From: Chloroflexota bacterium
Lineage (GTDB): Bacteria; Chloroflexota; UBA11872; VXOZ01
Direction of reading: 5' to 3'
Length of the DNA: 64,000 bases
Assembly (NCBI GenBank): GCA_965221905.1
Contig: OZ244922.1
Span: forward strand, 3,328,001 to 3,392,000
The position numbers were made by a program, and so were the translations under genes. Each line of letters begins with the position of its first letter. The first letter of the stretch is position 1. Below are positions 20,017 to 29,701 of the stretch, in pieces. A model generated the notes under the pieces. It had not been told where the DNA came from. It did not search any database and worked only from the letters and a program-made list of their open reading frames with translations.

Positions 20017-20925
20017 TCAGTTATTATAAAAGTCCGCAATCTCGCGATTGGTCGTCGCCCAGCAACCGCCGGGCTTATCCAGCGCGTGGCGCAGCACGGC
20101 ATCTACCATGTCGCAATGGGGATCGCGCGCAGCAATATCCGATGGATGACAGCACAAGCTGAAAATCTGCTTGTTCGCGTGGGCGTGGTCCACGCCGGCC
20201 TTGATGAGATCGATGAATTCCCAGCGGTCCAGATCCATGTGCCGGAATGCCCAGATGGAGGTGATCCCCATGAGGGGGATTTCCAGCAGTCCGTTGGGAT
20301 AGCGGTACGGTTGCAGTTTATCCAGACTGGCGCGGAATGCCGCCTCAAGCACCTCCGTGGGCTGGTGCCGCACGAGTCTGTCTACGGGGTAGTGGTAATT
20401 GGCGGAGGCAAACCGAAAACCCTCGTCCTTTAGCACGTCCTGCACGTCCGGCACGTCGTCGAGTCCGCCCTCGAAGCCGCCCGGCGTGCGGAAGCCCTGT
20501 GCCTTGACGCCCAGCTTCTCTTCGATTGCGGCATTGGTCTGCCGGATTTCCTGTCGGATGACTTCCAACGGGGATAGGCCCTCAGCCCGCCAGGGAGCGG
20601 CGGCGTAGATTTCCTGCAACCCGGCGATATCCTTGGCCTTCACGTTCACATGGGTGTAGGTGTGGTTGTCGATGGCGTGACCGTCGTCGACGAGTTGCTT
20701 TAGGTAATCGATGTTCGGGTCTTCCAGCGCGCTGCCCACCAAGAAGAACTGGAGTTTGACCCCATAGCTCTTTGCGATCTCGCTCATCCTCCGCAGGTAG
20801 AGCTTGGTGTCTTCGTCGATGGCGCCCTTGCGGTGGTTCCACTTCGACGTCCAATAGGGAAAGTTGGGGGTCATCTCAATGTCGAACGTCAGACTGAGAG
20901 AGAATTCCGCGCCGTTTGGAAACAT
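20017..20925 (-). CDS. Polysaccharide deacetylase family protein (paralog 1)
   Basis: LTFDIE, NHTYTH, GFRTPGG, CHP motifs of the CE4/NodB fold. Confidence 0.85.
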   Translation of the reverse strand: MFPNGAEFSLSLTFDIEMTPNFPYWTSKWNHRKGAIDEDTKLYLRRMSEIAKSYGVKLQFFLVGSALEDPNIDYLKQLVDDGHAIDNHTYTHVNVKAKDIAGLQEIYAAAPWRAEGLSPLEVIRQEIRQTNAAIEEKLGVKAQGFRTPGGFEGGLDDVPDVQDVLKDEGFRFASANYHYPVDRLVRHQPTEVLEAAFRASLDKLQPYRYPNGLLEIPLMGITSIWAFRHMDLDRWEFIDLIKAGVDHAHANKQIFSLCCHPSDIAARDPHCDMVDAVLRHALDKPGGCWATTNREIADFYNN

Positions 20926-21002
20926 GTGTACGTCCTTTTATGTTGGATTACTTAGCGCGTAGGACAAGCGGCTATCGTTATAGGTTCTTGATCGGCCATG
21001 CG

Positions 21003-21911
21003 TTAGTTAAGCGAATGCGCTACTATCTCCCGGTTTGTCGTAATCCAGCAGCCGCCGGGCTTTTCCAAGGCGTAGCGCAGCACGCCGTCGAGCATGTCGC
21101 AGTGCGGATCGCGGACGGCGAGCACCGGCGGATGGAAGCAAAGGCTCAATACTTGCTGGTTGGCGTGGGCATGGTCGATGCCGCGCTTGAGCACGTCGAT
21201 GAACTCCCATCGGTCAAGGTCCAGCACGCGAAACGCCCAAATATCCGTAATGCCCGCCAGCGCCAGCTCCGGCAGTCCATTGGGATAGCGGTACGGCTGC
21301 AGGGTGTCGATACTCGTCTCCATCGCCTGACGCAACGTCTCCGCCGAAGGACGCTTCTTCTCAATGTCTACGGGAAAGTAGTACCGCGCCGAGGCATACT
21401 GCATGCCCTCGTCGCTCAGCAGCTCTTGCACTGCCGGCACATCCTCCAACCCGTTGTTGAACCCGCCGGGAGTGCGAAAGCCGGTGGGCGCAACGCCGAG
21501 CTTTTCGGTAATCGCCGACGACGTCTGCTGCACCTCGCGTCGGATGCAATCCAAAGCATTGAGACCGGCGGCTCGCCACGGCGCATCGGCGTACACTGGC
21601 TGTAGCTGCGGTATGTCTTGCGCCTTCACGTTCACGTGGTGGTAGGTGTGGTTGTCCACCGCGTGGCCTTCCGCCGCCATGCGCTTGAGATAGTCGATGT
21701 TTGGGTCTTCTAAAGCGCTGCCCACCAGGAAGAACTGGAGCTTCACCCCGTACTTCTCCGCCACGTCCAGCATTTTGCCCATATAGAGCTTGCTGTCCTC
21801 ATCGATGGCCCCTTTCCGATGGTTCCATTGGGAAGTCCAATACGGAAAGTTGGTGCACATCTCGACGTCGAACGTCAGACTAAGGGCGAAATCCGCGCCA
21901 TTCGGGTACAT
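21003..21911 (-). CDS. Polysaccharide deacetylase family protein (paralog 2)
   Basis: LTFDVE, NHTYHH, GFRTPGG. Collinear 302-aa paralog of the neighbour. Confidence 0.85.
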   Translation of the reverse strand: MYPNGADFALSLTFDVEMCTNFPYWTSQWNHRKGAIDEDSKLYMGKMLDVAEKYGVKLQFFLVGSALEDPNIDYLKRMAAEGHAVDNHTYHHVNVKAQDIPQLQPVYADAPWRAAGLNALDCIRREVQQTSSAITEKLGVAPTGFRTPGGFNNGLEDVPAVQELLSDEGMQYASARYYFPVDIEKKRPSAETLRQAMETSIDTLQPYRYPNGLPELALAGITDIWAFRVLDLDRWEFIDVLKRGIDHAHANQQVLSLCFHPPVLAVRDPHCDMLDGVLRYALEKPGGCWITTNREIVAHSLN

Positions 21912-22074
21912 ACGTCCTCTCCTATGCTACGGAATATAAGCTGGGTGCAGGCTGTTATGCAAACTATTCAGCTAAGTCCGGCCGTGGTGTTTAGGCATCT
22001 ACGCGGGTATAGGCGCTATCAATGCGGGGCAAGGAATAGTGAAGAACGGAAAAACTGTTCGCAAGGCCTGTCTG

Positions 22075-22407
22075 TTACGGGAATAGCTTCAGAATCACAA
22101 TTATCAAGCCGGATGCAGCAATAATCATCGTGCCCAGCCGAATCGTCATGCGTAGTTCTAATTCACGCAACTTGGCTTCGGTTGACTGCTCAAGGGCTTG
22201 CAGATCCGCTTTGGTCGCCAGTTCGTTGATTGCATGCTCAAGGGCTAGAAAACCTGCACTGGTCTGCTGTCCAAGAGCTTCCAGGTCCCCCTTGCTCGCG
22301 ACGGCGTCGTGGGCCTCGCCAACCGTCTCAATCAGGGTCTCGGCTTGCGCTTCGTCAAACCCCACACCCATCAATGCCTTTACGGCCTTGTGCGTGTCAA
22401 CGCTCAT
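22075..22407 (-). CDS. CCDC90/DUF1640-like coiled-coil protein
   Basis: DTHKAVKAL..GFDEAQAE, ATKADL repeats, C-terminal hydrophobic helix. Confidence 0.75.
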   Translation of the reverse strand: MSVDTHKAVKALMGVGFDEAQAETLIETVGEAHDAVASKGDLEALGQQTSAGFLALEHAINELATKADLQALEQSTEAKLRELELRMTIRLGTMIIAASGLIIVILKLFP

Positions 22408-22561
22408 GCCTATTCACTTTCAACGCTTGTCCGAACCTTACCGAATCGCCTGCCAAAGACCGAATTGCGGCAGACACTTTGCGCTGCAACCGTGTGTGTC
22501 CATTATACTCACCAATCTGGAAACACGTGAGTCCTCTGGGTGCGCTACATCAGAATGAACA

Positions 22562-22822
22562 CTATCGCGACTCAAGGATAAACTTGATGGCGGTGCGCTC
22601 GCCGTTCGCCACGGTGACCTCGATGAATGCCGGGATGCAGACGAGGTCAATTCCGCTGGGCGCCAGATAGCCACGCGCAATGACGACTGACTTAACGGCC
22701 TGATTCACAGCTCCCGCCCCGATAGCTTGGACCTCGGCCCGTCCGGATTCCCGCACGACTCCTGCTATTGCGCCGGCCACGGCTGTCGGCTTGGATTGTG
22801 AAGCTACTTTTAGAATCTCCAT
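22562..22822 (-). CDS. spoVS: Stage V sporulation protein S
   Basis: MEILKVAS.S.P.AVAGAIAG..VQAIGAGAVNQAVK. Confidence 0.95.
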   Translation of the reverse strand: MEILKVASQSKPTAVAGAIAGVVRESGRAEVQAIGAGAVNQAVKSVVIARGYLAPSGIDLVCIPAFIEVTVANGERTAIKFILESR

Positions 22823-23002
22823 CTGCTCCCCTCCAGCTCCGTTGTTGAGTGCAACGATAGTCGTTCAGGTGGGCCACAGCAAGCATTCTATAAACGCCTA
22901 GCCTCTTCTCGCTCTCCCAGAGCACTGCATCTGCAACTCGATATATGGCACGCATCGGGCCGGATTGCCTCCTCACCGGCAAAATGCGCCGTTCCCCCCA
23001 TG

Positions 23003-24532
23003 TTACTTTGCAAAGCCGACGACACGTGTCTCCCGAATCAGCGTGACCTTGACTTGGCCTGGGTAGTCGAGTGTTTCCTCGATTTGCTTACAGATGTCAC
23101 GCGAGAGGCGTACGGCGCCTAGCTCGTCAATCTCATCGGGACGCACCATGATGCGAACTTCACGTCCCGCCTGGATCGCATATGACTTCTCAACACCGGA
23201 GAATGAATTGGCCACGGACTCAAGAGCACGCAGGCGCTGCATATAGCGCTCGATCGAATCCCGGCGCGCGCCCGGTCGCGAGGCAGAGATGGCGTCTGCC
23301 GCGGAAACGATGAACGCCTCCACCGTGCGCGGTTCTTCATCATTGTGGTGGGCGGCGATGGCATGAATGACTTTGGGTGACTGGCTATACCGGCGCACCA
23401 TTTCCGCTCCCACGAGCGCGTGGGGGCCTTCCATGTCGGCGTCAACCGCCTTACCCACGTCGTGCAGCAAGCCGGCGCGCCGGGCGACATTCACGTCGGC
23501 GCCGATTTCAGAAGCCATGCTGGCTGCCAATTGCGCCACCTCGACACTGTGCGACAGCACGTTCTGGCCGTAGCTGGAACGGTAGCGGAGCCGTCCGATA
23601 AGGCGGATCAGCTCAGCGGGCAAGCCGCGAACCTGCGCCATGTCTGCCGCCTGCTCGCCCTCCTCCCAGATAGTATCTTCGACCTCCTTATCGGCCTTGC
23701 CCACCATCTCTTCGATGCGCGCAGGGTGGATACGCCCATCCTGGATGAGCCGGGTCAGGGCCAGGCGCGCCACTTCTCGCCGCACCGGGTCATGGGCGGA
23801 GAGCACCACCGCCTCCGGGGTATCGTCGATGATAAGGTCCACGCCGGTGAGAAGCTCCAAAGCGCGGATATTGCGCCCTTCACGGCCGATGATGCGGCCC
23901 TTCATCTCCTCATTTGGCAAGGTGACGACGGAGACCGTCGTCTCGACGGTATGGTCGGCGGCCAGCCGCTGGATTGCCGTCGCGATCACCCGGCGCGCGC
24001 TGCGCTCCGACTCCTCGCGCGCCGACGCTTCGAGCTGCTTGATCATACGGGTGCACTCTTTGCGCACCTCCTCTTCAATGCTCTTCGTGAGCACCACTTT
24101 GGCCTCATCGGCCGTCATCTGAGCGATGCGCTCAAGTTCGCTGATCTGCTTCTGGCGCAGTTCGCTCACTACGTCTCGCTCGCGCTCTACCCGCTTTTCG
24201 AAATCACCAAGTTTCTTTTCGCGGCGCTCGGCCTGCGTCGTGCGTTGCTCTAGCGTCTCCTCGCGTTGCTGCAGGCGGCGCTCCGAGCGGGTGAGATCGC
24301 CGCGCCAACGGCCAATCTCTTCTTCCGCTTTGGTCTTAAGCTTGAGCGATTCATCCTTTGCCTCTACTACCAGTCGTTTACGTGTTGTCTCTGCATCCTC
24401 CATGAGCCTCTGTGCTTCAGCCGCCGCCGCCTGAGTATTCCGATGTTGGATCAACCGTTGTGACCAATAACCGACAACAAAAGCTCCAGGGATTAGGATA
24501 AGCAGAGGCACACCAAGCATCCATAGCTCCAT
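23003..24532 (-). CDS. rny: Ribonuclease Y
   Basis: N-terminal TM, coiled coil, KH domain (KGRIIGREGRNIR), HD domain (LLHDVGK). Alternative start at 24565. Confidence 0.96.
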   Translation of the reverse strand: MELWMLGVPLLILIPGAFVVGYWSQRLIQHRNTQAAAAEAQRLMEDAETTRKRLVVEAKDESLKLKTKAEEEIGRWRGDLTRSERRLQQREETLEQRTTQAERREKKLGDFEKRVERERDVVSELRQKQISELERIAQMTADEAKVVLTKSIEEEVRKECTRMIKQLEASAREESERSARRVIATAIQRLAADHTVETTVSVVTLPNEEMKGRIIGREGRNIRALELLTGVDLIIDDTPEAVVLSAHDPVRREVARLALTRLIQDGRIHPARIEEMVGKADKEVEDTIWEEGEQAADMAQVRGLPAELIRLIGRLRYRSSYGQNVLSHSVEVAQLAASMASEIGADVNVARRAGLLHDVGKAVDADMEGPHALVGAEMVRRYSQSPKVIHAIAAHHNDEEPRTVEAFIVSAADAISASRPGARRDSIERYMQRLRALESVANSFSGVEKSYAIQAGREVRIMVRPDEIDELGAVRLSRDICKQIEETLDYPGQVKVTLIRETRVVGFAK

Positions 24533-24656
24533 GCCTTTTGCCTTCCATTCCGCGATTACATGCAATCAAGTGAAACATCTCTATCACCAAACTGGCACTT
24601 ATGCCTTAATTTCGGATGAGTGCGTACCGCTAGAGTACGTCCACTCGTCCACACTA

Positions 24657-24685
24657 ACGGTACTAATTTGCCGTTCCGCTGTCAA
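24657..24685 (-). promoter_or_regulatory. Sigma70-type promoter of rny (TTGACA-17-TACCGT)
   Basis: Minus strand TTGACA gcggaacggcaaattag TACCGT. Confidence 0.7.
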
Positions 24686-24771
24686 CGCGCTGACAGCAGA
24701 TCGAACGACGAATACACGTGGAAGGCAACGGGCGGGGAAGGGTCGCAGCGCAGGAAGACACCTTAAGCAAA

Positions 24772-24805
24772 AGGACTGGGCGAATTGTGTAACCCGCCCA
24801 GTCCT
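24772..24805 (-). terminator. Hairpin terminator after SBP copy 1
   Basis: GGACTGGGCG..CGCCCAGTCC stem with a T-run on the minus strand. Homologous hairpins at 26411 and 28051. Confidence 0.65.
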
Positions 24806-24837
24806 GTCGCTTTAACTTGAAGCAAATTGAGGAGGCG

Positions 24838-26217
24838 TTAGGTGCCCAAATCCTCCAAAACGCCGTTGAGCAGTTTCGCGGCCTCAGGAAGGGCCTCCTG
24901 CACGGTGAGTTCCTGCTTGTTCAGGGCTTCCCACACCGGCTTGGTCGCCTCGTTGCCCGCGAACGTGTGGACCCAGGGGTACGGACCGGAATTGTCGGCG
25001 ATTATCTCCAGGTCCTTCAGCACCGGCCGCTCGTCAGTGCGCGCCTTCCAGGCTTCGCTCTGGTAGAACTCCTTGCGCCCGGCGTTGCGGGACAGGATGC
25101 CGGCGAAGTACTTCTCCAAGGTGGCCTCGCTATTGACCCAACTCATCCAGCTCCACGCCAATTCGGGGTCCGGGGAGACACTGAAGAGGCTCCACTGGTT
25201 CGTCCAGGTCATGCTACCCGGCGTCGCGCCGTCGGGACCCTTGGGTAAGGGCGCAAAGTCAAACTCAAGGGTTTCATTTTTGCCGAAGATGATGCCGACA
25301 TTATAGGAACCCTGTTGGGAAATGACGACTTGCTCGTTGACGAAGGTCGCGCCTTCCGGCAAGGGGTCGAACTTGTGCTTTATTTTCAAGTCTTCCTTGA
25401 ACTGTCCTGCGGCAATGCCCTGTGGGGAATCGAAGGCCGCTGCCGAATTGTCCTCAGTATACAGGGTACCGCCGTTGGGATAGATCCACCGCCCAATGCC
25501 AGTCAGGCTGAAGCCGGTGGTGCGATAGCCCATGCGCGTAATATTCTCTCCATCCACCTCGTGCACCTTCTGCGCATATTCCAGGAACTGGTCCCAGTCC
25601 CAATTCCAGGTAACTTCGCGCGATGTATCGAGGCCCGCGTCCGTCAGCAGGCGCGTGTTGAGCCCAAGCAAGGTGGTTGAGGGGCCGTCGTACGGGATGC
25701 CATAGGTCATGCCGTTGTGCTGGTTGAAGAAGCGGCCGGAATCCACGAACTTGTCCGGCGCTGTATCAGGATCCTTGGCCTGGAACGGGTCGAGCGGCTG
25801 CAGAAAGTCTTTCAGCAACCAGTTGAGGATAAAGGCTACCGAAACCTGCGAAGAGTCTACCTGTTCGCCGGCAGCAATTATCGCAGTGACTCTATCCTGC
25901 ACATTCGTGCCTTTTACGAAGACGTACTCAATGGTCGTGCCGGGATTGAGATCCTCGAAATCGGCCTTGATGCCAGTGAAGTACTCATCCAACGTCGGCG
26001 AGCCGCCAGGAACCCACCAGTCGGTGTGCACGAGCTTGCGTGCCTCCACCGGCTGATCCTTCATTTCGGCCTTGGGGGCTTCTTCCTTGGCCTCCATCTC
26101 GCCTTCGCCCTCCATGGCGCCGGTCTGCGCGCCGCAGGCTGCCAGCAATACGCCGCCGCCTGCTATGCCTCCCCAGCCGAGGAGAGAGCGTCGACTTAGT
26201 CGTCCTGTGCTTCTCAT
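24838..26217 (-). CDS. Extracellular solute-binding lipoprotein (sugar-type ABC SBP), tandem copy 1
   Basis: Tat signal SRRSLL, lipobox LAAC, NGMTYGIPYD, FDFAPLPKGP. ATG with AGGAGG RBS. Confidence 0.9.
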   Translation of the reverse strand: MRSTGRLSRRSLLGWGGIAGGGVLLAACGAQTGAMEGEGEMEAKEEAPKAEMKDQPVEARKLVHTDWWVPGGSPTLDEYFTGIKADFEDLNPGTTIEYVFVKGTNVQDRVTAIIAAGEQVDSSQVSVAFILNWLLKDFLQPLDPFQAKDPDTAPDKFVDSGRFFNQHNGMTYGIPYDGPSTTLLGLNTRLLTDAGLDTSREVTWNWDWDQFLEYAQKVHEVDGENITRMGYRTTGFSLTGIGRWIYPNGGTLYTEDNSAAAFDSPQGIAAGQFKEDLKIKHKFDPLPEGATFVNEQVVISQQGSYNVGIIFGKNETLEFDFAPLPKGPDGATPGSMTWTNQWSLFSVSPDPELAWSWMSWVNSEATLEKYFAGILSRNAGRKEFYQSEAWKARTDERPVLKDLEIIADNSGPYPWVHTFAGNEATKPVWEALNKQELTVQEALPEAAKLLNGVLEDLGT

Positions 26218-26291
26218 GGTATGAACCCTCCTGAGCACTACCAATCCACCTTCTCTCGGCACGTTCAATACAGAACGAAACCGCTGCCCTA

Positions 26292-26320
26292 ACGGTACTA
26301 AGTTGCCGTATTGCTGTCAA
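26292..26320 (-). promoter_or_regulatory. Sigma70-type promoter of SBP copy 1
   Basis: TTGACA-17-TACCGT, homologous to the rny promoter. Confidence 0.7.
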
Positions 26321-26410
26321 CAAGCTGACAAGACTCTGCTTTGCGATGGTTCTTAACATGAAGTACCACTCTCCCCTTCGAGAGCATGTAGGGCGCGGTC
26401 GTAGCAAAAG

Positions 26411-26445
26411 AAAACTGGGCGGGTTTTGCAACCCGCCCAGTTTTT
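26411..26445 (-). terminator. Hairpin terminator after SBP copy 2
   Basis: AAAACTGGGCGGGTT..AACCCGCCCAGTTTT. Confidence 0.75.
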
Positions 26446-26479
26446 ATCGCTGTACTAAAGAGCAGAGGAATGAGCTTGC

Positions 26480-27853
26480 TTAGGTGCCCAACTCCTCCAA
26501 AACGCCATTGAGCAGCTCCGCGGCCTGCGGGAAGGCCTCTTGCACGGTGAGTTCCTGGTTATTCAGGGCATCCCACACCGGCTTGGTGGCTTCGTTGCCT
26601 GCGGATGTGTGGAGCCACGGGTACGGGCCGGAATTGTCAGCGATCACCTCCAGGTCCTTCAGCACCGGCCGCTCGTCAGTGCGCGCCTTCCAAGCTTCGC
26701 TCTCGTAGAATTCCTTGCGCCCGGCATTGCGGGAGAGGATACCGGCGAAGTACTTCTCCAAGGTGGCCTCGCTATTGACCCAACTCATCCAGCTCCACGC
26801 CAGTTCGGGGTCCGGGGAGACACTGAAGAGGCACCACTGGTTCGTCCAGGTCATGCTACCCGGCGTCGCGCCGTCGGGACCCTTGGGTAAGGGCGCAAAG
26901 TCAAACTCAAGGGTCTCATTGTTGCCGAAGATGTAGCCGACACTCCAGGAACCCTGTTGGGACATGACGACTTGCTCGTTGACGAAGGTCGCGCCTTCCG
27001 GCAAGGGGTCGAACTTGTGCTTTATTTTCAAGTCTTCCTTGAACTGTCCTGCGGCAATGCCCTGTGGGGAATCGAAGGCCGCTGCCGAATTGTCCGCAGT
27101 ATACAGGGTAGCGCCGTTGGGATAGAGCCACCGCCCAATGCCAGACAGGCTGAAGCCGCTGGTGCGATAGCCCATGCGCGTAATATTCTCTCCATCCGTC
27201 TCGTGCACCTTCTGCGCATATTCCAGGAACTGGTCCCATTCCCAATTCCAGGTGACTTCGCGATCGGTGTCGAGGCCGGCGTCCGTCAATATGCGCGTGT
27301 TAAGCCCCATCACAACGGTTGAGGGGCCGTCGTACGGGATGCCATAGGTCATGCCGTTGTGCTGGTTGAAGAAGCGACCGGAGTCCACGAACTTATCGGG
27401 CGCTGTATCGGGGTCCCTGGCCTGATACGGGTCCAGCGGCTGCAGGAAGTCTTTCAGTAGCCAGTCAAGGATGAACGCCACCGAGACCTGTGAAGTGTCA
27501 ACCTGTTCGCCAGCAGCAATCATCACGGTAACGTGTTCTCGTAACCCTCCCGTGCCTCGCACGTGGACCGTCTCGACGGTCACGCCGGGAGTGAGCTCCG
27601 CGAAGTCGCTCTTGATGCCGTCGAAGTATTCCTGCAATGTCGGCGCGTTGCCCGGACCCCACCAGTCGGTGTGCACGATGGTGCGCTCTTCGACCATCGC
27701 TTCCTTCGTCTCTGCCTTGGGCGCTTCCGCCTCGGCCTCGCCCTCGGTCATGGCGGCAGGCTGCGCGCCACAAGCCGCCAGCAGTACGCCGCCGCCTACT
27801 ACGCCTCCCCAGCCGAGGAGAGAGCGTCGACTTAGCCGTCCAGTACCTATCAT
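26480..27853 (-). CDS. Extracellular solute-binding lipoprotein, tandem copy 2
   Basis: Same motifs as copy 1 and collinear with it. Confidence 0.9.
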   Translation of the reverse strand: MIGTGRLSRRSLLGWGGVVGGGVLLAACGAQPAAMTEGEAEAEAPKAETKEAMVEERTIVHTDWWGPGNAPTLQEYFDGIKSDFAELTPGVTVETVHVRGTGGLREHVTVMIAAGEQVDTSQVSVAFILDWLLKDFLQPLDPYQARDPDTAPDKFVDSGRFFNQHNGMTYGIPYDGPSTVVMGLNTRILTDAGLDTDREVTWNWEWDQFLEYAQKVHETDGENITRMGYRTSGFSLSGIGRWLYPNGATLYTADNSAAAFDSPQGIAAGQFKEDLKIKHKFDPLPEGATFVNEQVVMSQQGSWSVGYIFGNNETLEFDFAPLPKGPDGATPGSMTWTNQWCLFSVSPDPELAWSWMSWVNSEATLEKYFAGILSRNAGRKEFYESEAWKARTDERPVLKDLEVIADNSGPYPWLHTSAGNEATKPVWDALNNQELTVQEAFPQAAELLNGVLEELGT

Positions 27854-27928
27854 CGTATGAAACCTCCTGAGCACTACCTATCTACCTAACTCTCGGCACG
27901 TTCAAAGCAGAACAGAACCGTTGCCCTA

Positions 27929-27957
27929 ACGGTACTAAGTTGCCGCTTTGCTGTCAA
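27929..27957 (-). promoter_or_regulatory. Sigma70-type promoter of SBP copy 2
   Basis: TTGACA gcaaagcggcaacttag TACCGT. Confidence 0.7.
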
Positions 27958-28050
27958 TGGGCTGACCGTAGTTGTGCGGCAAGAGCTTCACTTGCTCGTT
28001 GATTGTCCTTCTTGAGAACGGTTCGTCGAGGAAGGCCGTGACACAATAAA

Positions 28051-28084
28051 GAGACTGGGCGGGTTGTGCAACCCGCCCAGTCTC
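28051..28084 (-). terminator. Hairpin terminator after SBP copy 3
   Basis: GAGACTGGGCGGGTT..AACCCGCCCAGTCTC. Confidence 0.72.
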
Positions 28085-28118
28085 TTTTGCTTTGTTTGAA
28101 AGCAATATGGAAAAGAAG

Positions 28119-29498
28119 CTAGATGCCCAAATCCTCCAATACGCCGTTGAGCAGTTTCACGGCCTGCGGGAACGCCTCCTGCACGGTGAGTTCCTGGTTA
28201 TTCAGGGCGTCCCACACCGGCTTGGTGACTTCGTTGCCCTTGGCCGTGTGCACCCACGGGTACGGACCGGAATTGTCGGCGATCACCTCCAGGTCCTTCA
28301 GCACCGGGCGTTCTGCCACGCGTGCCAGCCAGGCCTCGCTCTGGTAGAACTCCTTGCGCCCGGCATTCCGGGAGAGGATTCCGGCGAAGTACTTCTCCAA
28401 GGTGGCCTCGCTATTGACCCAGCTCATCCAGCTCCACGCCAATTCGGGATCTGGAGAGACACTGAAGAGGCACCACTGGTTCGTCCAGGTCATGCTACCC
28501 GGCGTCGCGCCGTCGGGACCCTTGGGTAAGGGCGCAAAGTCAAACTCAAGGGTTTCATTGTTGCCGAAGATGTACCCGACTGCCCAGGAACCCTGTTGGG
28601 AAATGACGACTTGCTCGTTGACGAAGGTCGCGCCTTCCGGCAAGGGGTCGAACTTGTGCTTTATTTTCAAGTCTTCCTTGAACTGTCCTGCGGCAATGCC
28701 CTGTGGGGAATCGAAGGCCGCTGCCGAATTGTCCGCAGTATACAGGGTAGCGCCGTTGGGATAGAGCCACCGCCCAATGCCAGACAGGCTGAAGCCGCTG
28801 GTGCGATAGCCCATGCGCGTAATATTCTCTCCATCCGTCTCGTGCACCTTCTGCGCATATTCCAGGAACTGGTCCCATTCCCAATTCCAGGTGACTTCGC
28901 GATCGGTGTCGAGGCCGGCGTCCGTCAGCAGGCGCGTGTTAAGCCCCATCAAAACGGTTGCGGGGCCGTCGTACGGTATGCCGTAGGTCATGCCGTTGTG
29001 CTGGTTGAAGAAGCGGCCGGAGTCCACGAACTTATCGGGCGCTGTATCGGGGTCCCTGGCCTGATACGGGTCGAGCGGCTGCAGAAAGTCTTTCAGCAAC
29101 CAGTCGAGGATGAAGGCTACCGAGACCTGTGAAGAGTCTACTTGCTCGCCGGCGGCAATCATCACGGTAACATGCTCGCGCAACCCACCCGTGCCTCGCA
29201 CGTGGACCGAATCGACGGTCACGCCGGGGTTGAGCTCCATAAAGTCGCCCTTGATGCCGTCGAAGTACTCCTGAATGGTGGGCGCGCCACCGGGCCGCCA
29301 CCAGTCGGTGTGCACGATCTTGCGTGCCTCCACTGGTTGATCCTTCATCTCCGCCTTGGGGGCTGCCTCTTTCGCCTCCATCTCGCCTTCGCCGTCCATG
29401 GCGGGCGCCGCGCCGCAGGCTGCCAGCAACACGCCGCCGCCGACTACTCCTCCCCAGCCGAGGAGAGAGCGTCGACTTAGTTGTCCCTTGGTCTTCAT
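28119..29498 (-). CDS. Extracellular solute-binding lipoprotein, tandem copy 3
   Basis: Same motifs as copy 1. Confidence 0.9.
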   Translation of the reverse strand: MKTKGQLSRRSLLGWGGVVGGGVLLAACGAAPAMDGEGEMEAKEAAPKAEMKDQPVEARKIVHTDWWRPGGAPTIQEYFDGIKGDFMELNPGVTVDSVHVRGTGGLREHVTVMIAAGEQVDSSQVSVAFILDWLLKDFLQPLDPYQARDPDTAPDKFVDSGRFFNQHNGMTYGIPYDGPATVLMGLNTRLLTDAGLDTDREVTWNWEWDQFLEYAQKVHETDGENITRMGYRTSGFSLSGIGRWLYPNGATLYTADNSAAAFDSPQGIAAGQFKEDLKIKHKFDPLPEGATFVNEQVVISQQGSWAVGYIFGNNETLEFDFAPLPKGPDGATPGSMTWTNQWCLFSVSPDPELAWSWMSWVNSEATLEKYFAGILSRNAGRKEFYQSEAWLARVAERPVLKDLEVIADNSGPYPWVHTAKGNEVTKPVWDALNNQELTVQEAFPQAVKLLNGVLEDLGI

Positions 29499-29573
29499 CG
29501 CATGAAACCTCCTGAGCACTACCTATCTACCTAACTCTCGGCACGTTCAAAGTAGAACAGAACCGTTGCCCTA

Positions 29574-29602
29574 ACGGTACTAAGTTGCCGCTTTGCTGTC
29601 AA
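29574..29602 (-). promoter_or_regulatory. Sigma70-type promoter of SBP copy 3
   Basis: Identical to the copy 2 promoter core. Confidence 0.7.
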
Positions 29603-29701
29603 TGGGCTGACCGTAGTTTTAGGAACTATTGTTCACTTGCGCATTGATCGTCTTTCTTGAGAACGGTTCGTCGAGGAAGGCCGTGACACAATGAAGAGCC
29701 G

